From contig JBKDHA010000023.1 of NCBI GenBank assembly GCA_046335555.1, positions 1,153 to 65,152 on the forward strand: a stretch of DNA of 64,000 nt. The letters are read 5' to 3'. The notes beneath the pieces are model-generated. The model saw only the letters and a list, made by a program, of their open reading frames with translations. It had not been told where the DNA came from and did no database searches. The stretch's first letter is position 1; each line of letters starts with the position of its first letter. This document shows, piece after piece, positions 27,635 to 36,618 of the stretch. Source of the stretch: Bacteroidota bacterium (GTDB taxonomy: Bacteria > Bacteroidota > Bacteroidia > Palsa-965). A program made the position numbers and the translations under genes.

Positions 27635-29869
27635 TTGTACCTTCGCGCCATGCGCAAAACCTTGTGGCTGCTGCTGTTTGTATTTGTTTCTGCCGGAGCA
27701 GCCGCGCAGGTAGCTGCTGTGCCCGGAGATTCAGTTTCCAAGCCAAAGCAGACAGAGCGCCCCAAACCGGAACCATTGGTTTTTAAGCCTACTCTGGGTT
27801 TGGGTGTTGGCATGTTTTCATACTATGGCGATTTATACACACGCAATCTGGTTAATCCGCAGGTAAGCCGCATTGGCTACGAACTCAGCCTTTCGCAACC
27901 GCTTGCCCCGTGGCTGCGTCTCGGTTTTTACACCTTGTTCGGAAAACTGGGTGCCAATGAACGCCTTATCACACGCAATCTCAACTTCGAATCACAGATC
28001 AGAGTTGGAGGAATGCATCTCGAATATAATTTCGGACATCTTATTCCGGCTAAAAGTATAATTCACCCCTGGTTCAATGTTGGTATCGAGTCGTTTGAGT
28101 TTCTGACGAAAACCGATTTATTTGATGCAAACGGTTTACGCTATCATTACTGGAACGATGGTTCGATTCGCAGTCTCGACGAAAGCGATCCGAATGCATC
28201 TCAGGCATTGTTTATCCAGCGCGATTACAATTATGAAACTGATGTACGTGAGCAAAATCTCGATGGTTTCGGGAAATATCCCGAACGCTCTTTTGCCGTT
28301 CCGGTTGGCGCAGGTTTTCTCATGCACCTCGATGAAAAATGGGATGCACGTTTGGGAGTAACGTTTCATTTCACATTTACCGATTACATAGATGGTGTTA
28401 CTCCCGCAAGCACAACAACCCGCGCCGGCAATGCCCGGAACGATCATTATGTAATGTCTGCCTTTTCATTGCGCTATAATTTAACCGGCCCGGCCGAGAA
28501 AACGGATACCGACGGTAACGATGCTTTCAGCGATGTTGATTACTATGCGCTTGATAATTCGGATTATGATAGTGATGGTGTAATTGATCTGAAAGATTCG
28601 TGCGAAGGAACACCGCCGGGCGTTGCTGTAAATGAAAAAGGTTGTCCGCTTGATGAAGATAACGATTACACAGCCGATTACCGCGATGATGAATTAGGTT
28701 CTGCTGCAGGTGCACTAACAGATGAAGTTGGCGTTACACTGACCGATTCAATAATTCTGCGCCGTTATCAGATGTATATGGATTCGACCGGTATGTTTGC
28801 TGCAACCGAAATTATTCGCTCACGCGATGGATTTAAACCCGGTGTTGCCGACAAGAAAATGTATCAGGTAATGCTTGGCAATTACTCAAACGGAGTACCG
28901 AATGAACTGCTCATCAAATTCCTGAGTATAACTGATATTGCCAGCAATCAGCTTCCTGATTCATCAACAACTTACACAGCCGGAAAATACACCGATCTTC
29001 TGGCTGCCGAAAAACGCAAACGCGCATTGAAAGAGCAGGGCTACACAGATGCCAAGGTTGTGTTCCGTAAGCCCGACGGAACGTTTCAGGTAGTTGATAA
29101 TGTGTTTGTAAATAATAACTCAACAACCAAACCCGCCGATACTGCTGCCGTTGCCGTTCAACCTGTTGATCCGAAAACAAATCCCAACAACAGCAGCAAC
29201 ACAAACCAACAGCAGAACACAACGCAGACTCCTGTTGATTCGGCCAAAACAGTTGCCGAAGTTGATCCTGTAACTGGTCAGTTGGTATTCCGTGTTCAGC
29301 TTGGTGCTTTTAAACAGCCGCTTTCACCCTCAGTATTTGCAGATGTTCCGGATCTGGTAATGATTCGCACAAGCGATGGATTGTATAAATACATGACCGG
29401 CTCATTCAGCACATTTGAGCAGGCAGCAGCGCGCAAAGCGGTTATGCTTGTGCAAGGCTACAAAGGTGCATTTATAGCAGCCTACAAAGACGGCAAGCGA
29501 GTTGCGCTCACTGATGCCGGCGCTACAGTAATAAAAACTTCAACTCCTGCACCACCCGAAAACTTGAGTGAGACCAATGCGCCGAGTGCCGGGATGACGC
29601 AGTCAGTTACATTTAAAGTACAGCTCGGTGTATTCCGCAGCGAGCCTCCGGCAGAAATCAAAGCAAAAATTGCACAGCTCAGCGGTGTAGAAACAAGCAC
29701 AACTCCTGCCGGACTTATTCGCTACACCGTTGGTTCAACTGCCGATTATGCCGCTGTTGTAGCCCTGCGCAACGAACTCAAAGCAAAAGGGTTTGATGAT
29801 GCTTTCATCATTGCCTTCTTCCAGGATCAACCGATTCCGGTTTCTGAAGCTTTGGAAATTCAGAAATAG
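27635..29869 (+). CDS. Envelope protein with an N-terminal beta-barrel-like region, thrombospondin-type-3 Ca-binding repeats and three C-terminal SPOR domains
   Basis: Signal peptide MRKTLWLLLFVFVSAGAAAQ. TSP3/OmpA-like Asp-rich repeats (DSDGVIDLKDSC..., CPLDEDND). Three SPOR-like modules: MYQVMLGNYS...AGKYTDLLAAEKRKRALKEQGYTDAKVVF, VFRVQLGAFKQ...YKYMTGSF...QGYKGAFIAAY, and TFKVQLGVFRS...RYTVGSTADY...KAKGFDDAFIIAF. Confidence 0.65.
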   Translation: MYLRAMRKTLWLLLFVFVSAGAAAQVAAVPGDSVSKPKQTERPKPEPLVFKPTLGLGVGMFSYYGDLYTRNLVNPQVSRIGYELSLSQPLAPWLRLGFYTLFGKLGANERLITRNLNFESQIRVGGMHLEYNFGHLIPAKSIIHPWFNVGIESFEFLTKTDLFDANGLRYHYWNDGSIRSLDESDPNASQALFIQRDYNYETDVREQNLDGFGKYPERSFAVPVGAGFLMHLDEKWDARLGVTFHFTFTDYIDGVTPASTTTRAGNARNDHYVMSAFSLRYNLTGPAEKTDTDGNDAFSDVDYYALDNSDYDSDGVIDLKDSCEGTPPGVAVNEKGCPLDEDNDYTADYRDDELGSAAGALTDEVGVTLTDSIILRRYQMYMDSTGMFAATEIIRSRDGFKPGVADKKMYQVMLGNYSNGVPNELLIKFLSITDIASNQLPDSSTTYTAGKYTDLLAAEKRKRALKEQGYTDAKVVFRKPDGTFQVVDNVFVNNNSTTKPADTAAVAVQPVDPKTNPNNSSNTNQQQNTTQTPVDSAKTVAEVDPVTGQLVFRVQLGAFKQPLSPSVFADVPDLVMIRTSDGLYKYMTGSFSTFEQAAARKAVMLVQGYKGAFIAAYKDGKRVALTDAGATVIKTSTPAPPENLSETNAPSAGMTQSVTFKVQLGVFRSEPPAEIKAKIAQLSGVETSTTPAGLIRYTVGSTADYAAVVALRNELKAKGFDDAFIIAFFQDQPIPVSEALEIQK

Positions 29870-29891
29870 CAATGTTTTTAGTACTAGGATG

Positions 29892-30014
29892 CATCCGGTT
29901 TGTAACCGGATGTGTTCTTTGAATTCAGTTTGTAACTGAATTCGGCACTGTGCCTTGAGAGAAGTTGCAAACTTCTCTCAAACTTTCTGCATCAAAGTTT
30001 TTCGCCTCTGGCGA
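29892..30014. terminator. Array of 5-6 consecutive hairpins between convergent genes, acting as bidirectional terminators or REP-like structured elements
   Basis: Stems read directly from the sequence. CATCCGGTT-TGT-AACCGGATG (29892-29912, followed by TGTTCTTT). GAATTCAGTT-TGT-AACTGAATTC (29921-29943). GGCAC-TG-TGCC (29944-29954). TGAGAGAAGTT-GCA-AACTTCTCTCA (29956-29980). AAACTTT-CTGCATC-AAAGTTT (29980-30000). CGCC-TCT-GGCG (30004-30014). Confidence 0.55.
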
Positions 30015-30091
30015 ATTAAACTTTCCGCAACATCCTGCAAAAAGAGAGCCGCACAAGTTTGTGCAGCTCTCATAACATCAATCAAATAACA

Positions 30092-30883
30092 TTATTCTTT
30101 TTCAGCTTCTTCTTCCGGCTGCGGAATCGACTTCTTGGGGAAGTTGAACAAAACGCTGGTCAAAATCGGTAAGCCGAAAATTAGAACTGTGAGAATTGAG
30201 ATATACACATCTGCATCATGCGCGAGGAAATTGCTTACCGGATGCTTGGGATAGAAGTGCTCAATCAGCGAGAACAGCAGCTTAAAGCCCAAAATACCAA
30301 TTACAACAAAGGCTGATGTTTCAAGAAATGTATAGCGTTCCATAAGCTTTACAAAAGCCTGCGCCACAAAACGCATCGCCAGAATGCCTATGAATACACC
30401 TACCCAAATCAGCACAAGGTTTTTGCTGAATGCAACGGCTGCAAAAACATTGTCGATGGAGAATGCAAGATCCATTAATTCAACAAGTGCAACCGTAGCC
30501 CAGAATTGTCCCATCCAACCAACGGTAGCGCGATAAAGCCAATTCGATTTCTTGTCGAGTGTATCATCATCTTTTTCAGGCGTCATTTTACCTTTAAAAT
30601 AATCAAATACAAGATAAAGCAGGTAAAGTCCGCCAAGTGGTTTCAGCCACCAGATTTTGATGAGCCATGCGGCAAACAATAAACACAAACCGCGAAATAC
30701 ATACGCACCGATAATGCCATATTTCAACGCTTTGTTGCGCTGCTCTTTTGGCAAATCCATTACCATTGTAGCCAATACAGCAGCATTGTCAACCGAAAGC
30801 AAACTTTCGATGATAACCAGATTGCCAATTACCGCCAGGGCCGGCAGCGGGTTATTTATAATTTCCTGAATATACTCTTGCAT
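30092..30883 (-). CDS. terC: TerC-family integral membrane protein
   Basis: 263 aa polytopic membrane protein with the paired TerC signature motifs LSVDNAAVLA and FSIDNVFAAVA. Confidence 0.85.
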   Translation of the reverse strand: MQEYIQEIINNPLPALAVIGNLVIIESLLSVDNAAVLATMVMDLPKEQRNKALKYGIIGAYVFRGLCLLFAAWLIKIWWLKPLGGLYLLYLVFDYFKGKMTPEKDDDTLDKKSNWLYRATVGWMGQFWATVALVELMDLAFSIDNVFAAVAFSKNLVLIWVGVFIGILAMRFVAQAFVKLMERYTFLETSAFVVIGILGFKLLFSLIEHFYPKHPVSNFLAHDADVYISILTVLIFGLPILTSVLFNFPKKSIPQPEEEAEKE

Positions 30884-30907
30884 GAGTTTTCTGTTTTATC
30901 GTATTGA

Positions 30908-32437
30908 TTAATTAGCTACTAATTGAATTACAACAAGCCTTCCGCCTTCTTCGGCCGAAAGCAGCAACTTCTTGCCGTCGGTAAGTTCTACCATTTCTTT
31001 CGGGGCAATGAGTTTGTCTTCTGTAAGGTCTTTAAGTCCGCTCATCGTTTGGTTGACCAGCATCCATTTTCCGCCGTGAAAAACGAAATAGCCAACCGGC
31101 TTGCGCTGTTCGGGTGTCAGTTTTTCGTTGGGTGCAATGTTGCGGTTAATGTGCCAGGGATAAAGATACTGATTGTGATACACCATTACACGATGCTTTT
31201 CCTCCGTCCATTTTCCGGGCGAACGTTGTGCATACAAATTCAGAATCGGTAATTGTCCTTTATACACTGTGCCGCAGAACGGACAAGTAGGCCGTGTTGA
31301 ATTATCAAATACAAACCATTTCTGATCGCATTTCGGGTTTTGACAGGGCTGCATCAAATCAACTGTTTTGATAAGTGCATTTTCCCAGTCGTCGGCTGTT
31401 GGACGCTGCATTGGATTATGCAAACCGGTGATGAAGGCATCGTCAAACAGCTTTTTCAGATACGGGCCGGTTATGGTGTACGGAATCTTGTTGACGTCGG
31501 CCCAGGGCAATTGCGTTGGCTTTACCTGATTGAGCTTCGGGCGGTTGGTGGCATCAGTAGGATGCTCGACAAACAAAGCTTTTTGTCCCATCGAAAGCTC
31601 TTCGTCTTTCTGCGCATCGAGGTCATTCACTTTTCCGCCGCGCAACGGGTGACGGTAAAGCAAGTACATATAAATCATTACAGCCAGCGCATGCCGGTCG
31701 GTATTGATTGACGGGAGTTTGCGGCCAGCATCTGTTTTAGGCAGATGCTTTGTAGCCATAACTTCAGGCGCAATAAAATCGGGTGTGCCAATTACATCAG
31801 GCGGAAATTTTCCGGGAACTACAAGTCCGTCGATATCAATTATGGCTGCATTGCCGGTCATCGGATCAATCAATACATTTTTGTACGAAAGATCAGAATG
31901 CGCCAAACCGGCAGCGTGCATTCGTCGCACTGCGCGTGCAATACGTAAACAAATCAGCACATACTTGAACCAATCGCTCAGTTCACGCTTATCGAGATGC
32001 AGTTTGAAAGCAGGATTGCGAAACTGCGCGGCTGCAAACCATTTGCCTTCTTTTTCTTTCCCGGCAATACTTGCAATTTGTGCAGCAGCAGCATTGTAGC
32101 CATACGTAAAGAAAAAATGCTTCTGGTAAACCGGAGCAACAATTCCGATTTTTCCGTTGTACTCAACTACCTTGGTAGGCCAGCAATACAGGTCTTTCCA
32201 GTAATCGCCGCCGGCCTGATTGAAGATGCGTTCGCGGTAGGTATTTACAATTGTTGTAAGCCGTTCTTTCGTAGCATTATATTCTGATGTGCTCAGTTTA
32301 TCGCGAAAAAATGCAACTACATACGATTTGTCGGGACTGAAATACACATCCTTCAAACCGCCCTGCATCGGATCGCCGTTATCCACATACTGAACCTGTG
32401 AACCGTCGAGCGCATTTATTGTTATTGTCTTTGACAT
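30908..32437 (-). CDS. Atypical Ser/Thr protein kinase with C-terminal CxxC...CxxC zinc-ribbon and beta-rich tail (kinase of the TerY-P triad)
   Basis: Catalytic loop HAAGLAHSDLSYKNVLID (HxDxxxxN), activation segment IDIDGL ... GTPDFIAPEV (DFG-like ... APE). A Cys cluster CQNPKC-x14-CPFC follows, then a ~100-aa tail. Confidence 0.75.
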   Translation of the reverse strand: MSKTITINALDGSQVQYVDNGDPMQGGLKDVYFSPDKSYVVAFFRDKLSTSEYNATKERLTTIVNTYRERIFNQAGGDYWKDLYCWPTKVVEYNGKIGIVAPVYQKHFFFTYGYNAAAAQIASIAGKEKEGKWFAAAQFRNPAFKLHLDKRELSDWFKYVLICLRIARAVRRMHAAGLAHSDLSYKNVLIDPMTGNAAIIDIDGLVVPGKFPPDVIGTPDFIAPEVMATKHLPKTDAGRKLPSINTDRHALAVMIYMYLLYRHPLRGGKVNDLDAQKDEELSMGQKALFVEHPTDATNRPKLNQVKPTQLPWADVNKIPYTITGPYLKKLFDDAFITGLHNPMQRPTADDWENALIKTVDLMQPCQNPKCDQKWFVFDNSTRPTCPFCGTVYKGQLPILNLYAQRSPGKWTEEKHRVMVYHNQYLYPWHINRNIAPNEKLTPEQRKPVGYFVFHGGKWMLVNQTMSGLKDLTEDKLIAPKEMVELTDGKKLLLSAEEGGRLVVIQLVAN

Positions 32438-32457
32438 AACGTTTCGTTTACGGTTGT

Positions 32458-33888
32458 TCAGTAAAGTACGGCAATAGTACGATCATCGTGATTGCCCGGC
32501 GACCAGAAATCCATCCAACTCAGTAATTGAGTTGCTGCATTTTCGTTTTCAGGTGCAAACTGAACGGCAGCGCCATCAGCATTTTCGCCGCCGAGGTCTT
32601 TCCAGAGTTCATGCCATTTTTCGATGCGGCCGAGATTGGCATCGGTTTGAAATTTTGGATCTGTAATACCGTCGCTCATCAAAATAATAGCTGTAAAATC
32701 AGATACGATTCTGAAACCAATGCGTTTGTAGAACGAATTATCGGCAAAAATTTCGGGCATCGTCAGGAAGCGTGTTTGTCCGGCAAACTCTCCACCATCA
32801 GGCGTTCCGAGCACATTTATTTCATTATCGTCGGCACGATAAATTCCCATGCCTCCGTCGCCTACCATAAACGACATTACACTGTAACCGAAATCGAATT
32901 TGCGAAGCAAAACAAAGAGCAGTGTAGTCGAAAAGTCTTTCAGTTTTACCTCTGTGCCGGATTCGGTTGCTGCTGCGGCTGCAAAATTGGCAATCTGCTG
33001 ATGAACTTCAAACGGTGCTTTGCTGAACTTTTGCGTAAGAAACTCGTTGAGCGCATTTTTACTGGCTTCGTCTTTCAGGTTGTGGTAAGCAGTAATTATA
33101 TCATCCAGCTGTTTGTATTCATCAGCAGAAATGTTTTTGAAATAGTTCACCACACCATCACAGGCAATCTTCGATCCTTTGCGCGAAAACTTTGCACTTC
33201 CTGCTCCGTCGGCAACAGCAATTAATGCATAACCTGTTTGCTCATCGAAGAAGAACCCAAAATCATCATCGCGGAAAATACCTTCATGTGCGTGACTGCG
33301 TCCGCGTTTTGAGGCAACAACCAATTGATGCCCGAGTATTGCTGCCGATGTACATGTTTCATCATCTTTCCAGTACGGCGCATCGGTTGGAGACGGAATA
33401 TTTTTCCAAAGTTTTTTCGGATCCGGATTAATCACGAGCGAAATTTCCTTCTCGTGTTTGGCTTCGGTATTGGTTTTTACATCAAGTGTAAAAATCATTT
33501 TTACCCGGAACTCTCCTTGTTCAAGCGGTGTGCCTGAAATTGTGCCTGTAGCCGGATCGTAAATGATGCCGAGGCTTTGCGGGAATTCGAGATGAAAACT
33601 TTTTATTTTTTCGAGACCATATTTCGGCAGCGAAAATACTTGCGAGTAAGCTTTGTCAACCGTGCCGTTTGGCAGTTGCAGCAGTTTCTCGCGAATGTTG
33701 CTCAGTGCAATGTTTTCTTCCCAGTTCATAATAAGCGTTTCTGCGGTTGATGAAATCAGCCGGCATTGTTCAATTACTTCTGCACTGTCGATATATGAAT
33801 CGAGCAGGGCAGAGTGCTTGTCGGTGATTTCAACATTGCGCTGTTTGAGCAGTTGCGTGATGTATAAATGGCGTTGCGGTTTTTCCAT
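32458..33888 (-). CDS. PP2C-family Ser/Thr protein phosphatase with ~180-aa N-terminal extension containing a putative Ig-like (He_PIG-type) domain
   Basis: PP2C motifs SKRGRSHAHEG, IAVADGAGS, TTLLFVLL, VGDGGMG, ILMSDGITD, NHDDRTIAVL. The N-terminal DPATGTISGTPLEQGEF resembles a putative Ig domain. Confidence 0.75.
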   Translation of the reverse strand: MEKPQRHLYITQLLKQRNVEITDKHSALLDSYIDSAEVIEQCRLISSTAETLIMNWEENIALSNIREKLLQLPNGTVDKAYSQVFSLPKYGLEKIKSFHLEFPQSLGIIYDPATGTISGTPLEQGEFRVKMIFTLDVKTNTEAKHEKEISLVINPDPKKLWKNIPSPTDAPYWKDDETCTSAAILGHQLVVASKRGRSHAHEGIFRDDDFGFFFDEQTGYALIAVADGAGSAKFSRKGSKIACDGVVNYFKNISADEYKQLDDIITAYHNLKDEASKNALNEFLTQKFSKAPFEVHQQIANFAAAAATESGTEVKLKDFSTTLLFVLLRKFDFGYSVMSFMVGDGGMGIYRADDNEINVLGTPDGGEFAGQTRFLTMPEIFADNSFYKRIGFRIVSDFTAIILMSDGITDPKFQTDANLGRIEKWHELWKDLGGENADGAAVQFAPENENAATQLLSWMDFWSPGNHDDRTIAVLY

Positions 33889-33896
33889 TGCAGCAA

Positions 33897-34946
33897 TTAG
33901 CCCTGAGCCGAGTTAATATCCATACGGCCTTCGCCAAATCCATAGCGGCCCTGATTTCCGCACCATGGACAGGTACTTACTTCCTCGTTTCCGCAGCAGT
34001 GAATTTTACCGCACTGGCAAATACTTAAACCATATTGATTTCCGCACGAGGGACAAGTTGGCGCGCCCATAATTTCATCGGTACCAACTTTGTTGGATGC
34101 AGCATTTTCATCGCAGTAATCGAAGTACGATGAATCTACTAAGTAAGCACCAACAAGCCGATATACTAAGCTGTTCATTTCCATACCGCCAACCATTGTA
34201 GGTTGTGTGGTGCGGCGATATTTAATGAGATAAGGTTTTTGCGAATGCTGACATTTTCCGGTAAACACCGTGAAGTTGTGATCGAACCGCGGCTTTGGCG
34301 GCATTTCACGAGGATCAAGTTTTGAAATTACAGCTTCGTCAGGCTTTGAAAGCTCAAAGCCGGTACCGCCGGTTTCAACACTCATGCTGCTGCTTTTGAT
34401 AGAAGCAGTGACCCATTTGAAAAACGATTTGTATTGGTTTACAGATGTGTTTTTAAACATAAACACATTTTCCGTTAACTGCTGAAGTACTTGCAAATCG
34501 GCTTCTTCGCCAAACGAAACAGCCACCATGCTTGATTTCGGAGCCCAGTTTTTTTTCCACTCATTCATGGCCACCTGTGTATCATCGGTAGGCACACCAT
34601 CGGTAAACAAAAACACAATTGGTTTCCAATCGCCTTTTTGTTCGGCGGTGGTTTGTATGGTGTTTTTGCGCAGTTCGTACATCAGATGCCCGAGACCATT
34701 TCCCAGCGAAGTTCCGCCGCCAATAGGGAAGCGGGGCGGGTAGAAGGTTATAATTTCTTGAAGCGGAACCAACGTGCGAGCTTGACCAGCAAACACAACA
34801 ATGGAAATATGAACCGTTTCAAGTGCATACGGATCTTCTTTCAACGCTTTAATAATCATCGCCAAACCTTCTTCCACCATTTGAATAGGCTCGCCAATCA
34901 TCGACTCAGAGATGTCGATCAGGAAGTAAATCGGAAGTCGTCTCAT
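33897..34946 (-). CDS. TerY-like von Willebrand factor A (vWA) protein with C-terminal Cys-rich TerY-C metal-binding domain
   Basis: MIDAS motif FLIDISESM (DxSxS) and FLFTDGVPTDD. The ~140-aa C-terminal extension carries CPSCGNQYGLSICQCGKIHCCGNEEVSTCPWCG. Confidence 0.8.
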   Translation of the reverse strand: MRRLPIYFLIDISESMIGEPIQMVEEGLAMIIKALKEDPYALETVHISIVVFAGQARTLVPLQEIITFYPPRFPIGGGTSLGNGLGHLMYELRKNTIQTTAEQKGDWKPIVFLFTDGVPTDDTQVAMNEWKKNWAPKSSMVAVSFGEEADLQVLQQLTENVFMFKNTSVNQYKSFFKWVTASIKSSSMSVETGGTGFELSKPDEAVISKLDPREMPPKPRFDHNFTVFTGKCQHSQKPYLIKYRRTTQPTMVGGMEMNSLVYRLVGAYLVDSSYFDYCDENAASNKVGTDEIMGAPTCPSCGNQYGLSICQCGKIHCCGNEEVSTCPWCGNQGRYGFGEGRMDINSAQG

Positions 34947-34966
34947 GCAAATCGTTTTATTATCGG

Positions 34967-35236
34967 TTAGCGAAAAACAGACAGCAACAGCAGTAAAATA
35001 ACCAGCAAGATAAACTGTGCTGTATCTATTGCCAGCCCCTGTCCGAGCTGTGTTGGTTTAAAAGCTTTGCGCAGGAGCCGGAGTATAGGTTCAAGAATTT
35101 TTTCTATGAACATAAACTTCTTCAGTGCCTGCGGGTGCATTCTGTTTTTATACGGATACAGTTTTGAGTAGAGGAATAAACCAATAATCAGAAACTGTGC
35201 TGCAATTGAAATAATTAATCCTATCAAACCCATCAA
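34967..35236 (-). CDS. Small two-TM membrane protein, YggT-family-like
   Basis: 89 aa with two hydrophobic helices flanking FIEKILEPILRLLRKAFKP..GQGLAIDTAQFILLV, which resembles the YggT motif F..EP.L.P.R...P..GG.D.SP. The start overlaps the stop of the upstream vWA gene (ATGA). Confidence 0.45.
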   Translation of the reverse strand: MMGLIGLIISIAAQFLIIGLFLYSKLYPYKNRMHPQALKKFMFIEKILEPILRLLRKAFKPTQLGQGLAIDTAQFILLVILLLLLSVFR

Positions 35237-35868
35237 ATCACCATGTTAATTTCATCGGGCGGCGGTGGCAGTACAAGCTGCTCGGTTGAGTTTACACTTT
35301 GATTGCCTGTACCAATTGATGCCGATACCCACTTGAAAAATGAAGTAAGCGTATTGCTGTCGGCTGTATCGAGATGCACAACAGTGTCTGTAATTTCTTT
35401 GAGGAAACTGTCTTGTGCTGATGCACCAGCTGCGCAGGCAACAACCATTGCAAAGTTGTGCTGTCTGATTTTGGGCACCATTTCGCGGAACAGCGCAAGA
35501 TCCGAAGGCTTTCCGTCGGTCATCAGAAACAGCAGCGGCCGCCAGTCGCCTTTATCATCGCCAACGGCTGTTTTCATTTCGCGACGCATAACGTTGAGCA
35601 AAAGTTCCAATGCTGCGCCCATGTTTGTTGGTCCTGAATCAGGCGTTGTAATTTCGGGCAGCAGCAGTGATTCAAGATCGGTAAGCGGAACAATCTGCTT
35701 CACTTCACGGTCAAACGTAATCAGGCTCATCCACACTGTTTCCAGAGCATACGGATCCTGGCGGAGTTTGGAAAGCAACACCTGCAAACCGTTATTCACG
35801 GCATGGATTGGTTCGCCTTTCATGGAGCCCGAAGTATCGAGCAAGAGATAAACGGGTAATCGTCTCAA
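35233..35868 (-). CDS. TerY-like vWA domain protein (paralog 2, no TerY-C tail)
   Basis: MRRLPVYLLLDTSGSMKGEPIHAV MIDAS DxSxS motif and LFLMTDGKPSD. 211 aa. Confidence 0.8.
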   Translation of the reverse strand: MRRLPVYLLLDTSGSMKGEPIHAVNNGLQVLLSKLRQDPYALETVWMSLITFDREVKQIVPLTDLESLLLPEITTPDSGPTNMGAALELLLNVMRREMKTAVGDDKGDWRPLLFLMTDGKPSDLALFREMVPKIRQHNFAMVVACAAGASAQDSFLKEITDTVVHLDTADSNTLTSFFKWVSASIGTGNQSVNSTEQLVLPPPPDEINMVI

Positions 35869-35888
35869 AGCAATAACTAATTATGCTG

Positions 35889-36527
35889 TTAAACTACAAT
35901 GTTAACTTCGGGCGGCGGCGGCGGCAATTCATTAATGCCACCAACTTCGGTGCCTGAGTTTTCTACTTTCTGACTGCCGGTGCTGATTGAAGCCGACACC
36001 CATTTGAAGAATGCTTTGATGGTTGATGAATCAGCAGTATCAAGTCCAACTACAACATCCGTAACTTGTTTGAGAATGCTGGTATCGGCTCCTGAACCTG
36101 CAGCGCATGCAACGATTACGCCGGTTTTACGCTTCTTCAGCTCGGCAAGTCCGTTTTGCCATTGGTCTGTCGGACTTCCGTCGGTCATGATAAAAATGAG
36201 CGGTTTCCAATCGCCTTTTGCTTCGGCAGTTCCGCGGGCTACTTCGCGGTCGATGCATTGTGCAAGAAGGTTTAATCCTTCGCCCAAAGCTGTAGTGCCG
36301 GTGGCGCGAATTTCCTGCATTTGGAATGAAGCCAGATCAGTGAGCGGAATCAACTGACGTGCGGCTGAGTCGAATGTAATTACACTGATGTAAGCCGTTT
36401 CAAGTGCATGCGGATCTTGGCGAAGTGTTGAGATCAAAACTTGTACGCCATTCTTCACAGCCTCAATCGGCTCGCCGGTCATTGAGCCCGAAGTATCGAG
36501 CAAAAGGTAAACAGGTAATTTTCGCAT
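35889..36527 (-). CDS. TerY-like vWA domain protein (paralog 3, no TerY-C tail)
   Basis: MRKLPVYLLLDTSGSMTGEPIEAV and IFIMTDGSPTD. 212 aa, about 50% identical to paralog 2. Confidence 0.8.
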   Translation of the reverse strand: MRKLPVYLLLDTSGSMTGEPIEAVKNGVQVLISTLRQDPHALETAYISVITFDSAARQLIPLTDLASFQMQEIRATGTTALGEGLNLLAQCIDREVARGTAEAKGDWKPLIFIMTDGSPTDQWQNGLAELKKRKTGVIVACAAGSGADTSILKQVTDVVVGLDTADSSTIKAFFKWVSASISTGSQKVENSGTEVGGINELPPPPPEVNIVV

Positions 36528-36618
36528 ATCGTAATTGATTAAGTGAAGCTGTTAAGATCAGTACCTTCACTTTATTTATTGTTCCTCATTTTTGCTGAAT
36601 TCAGATCAGCAGTTTTGC

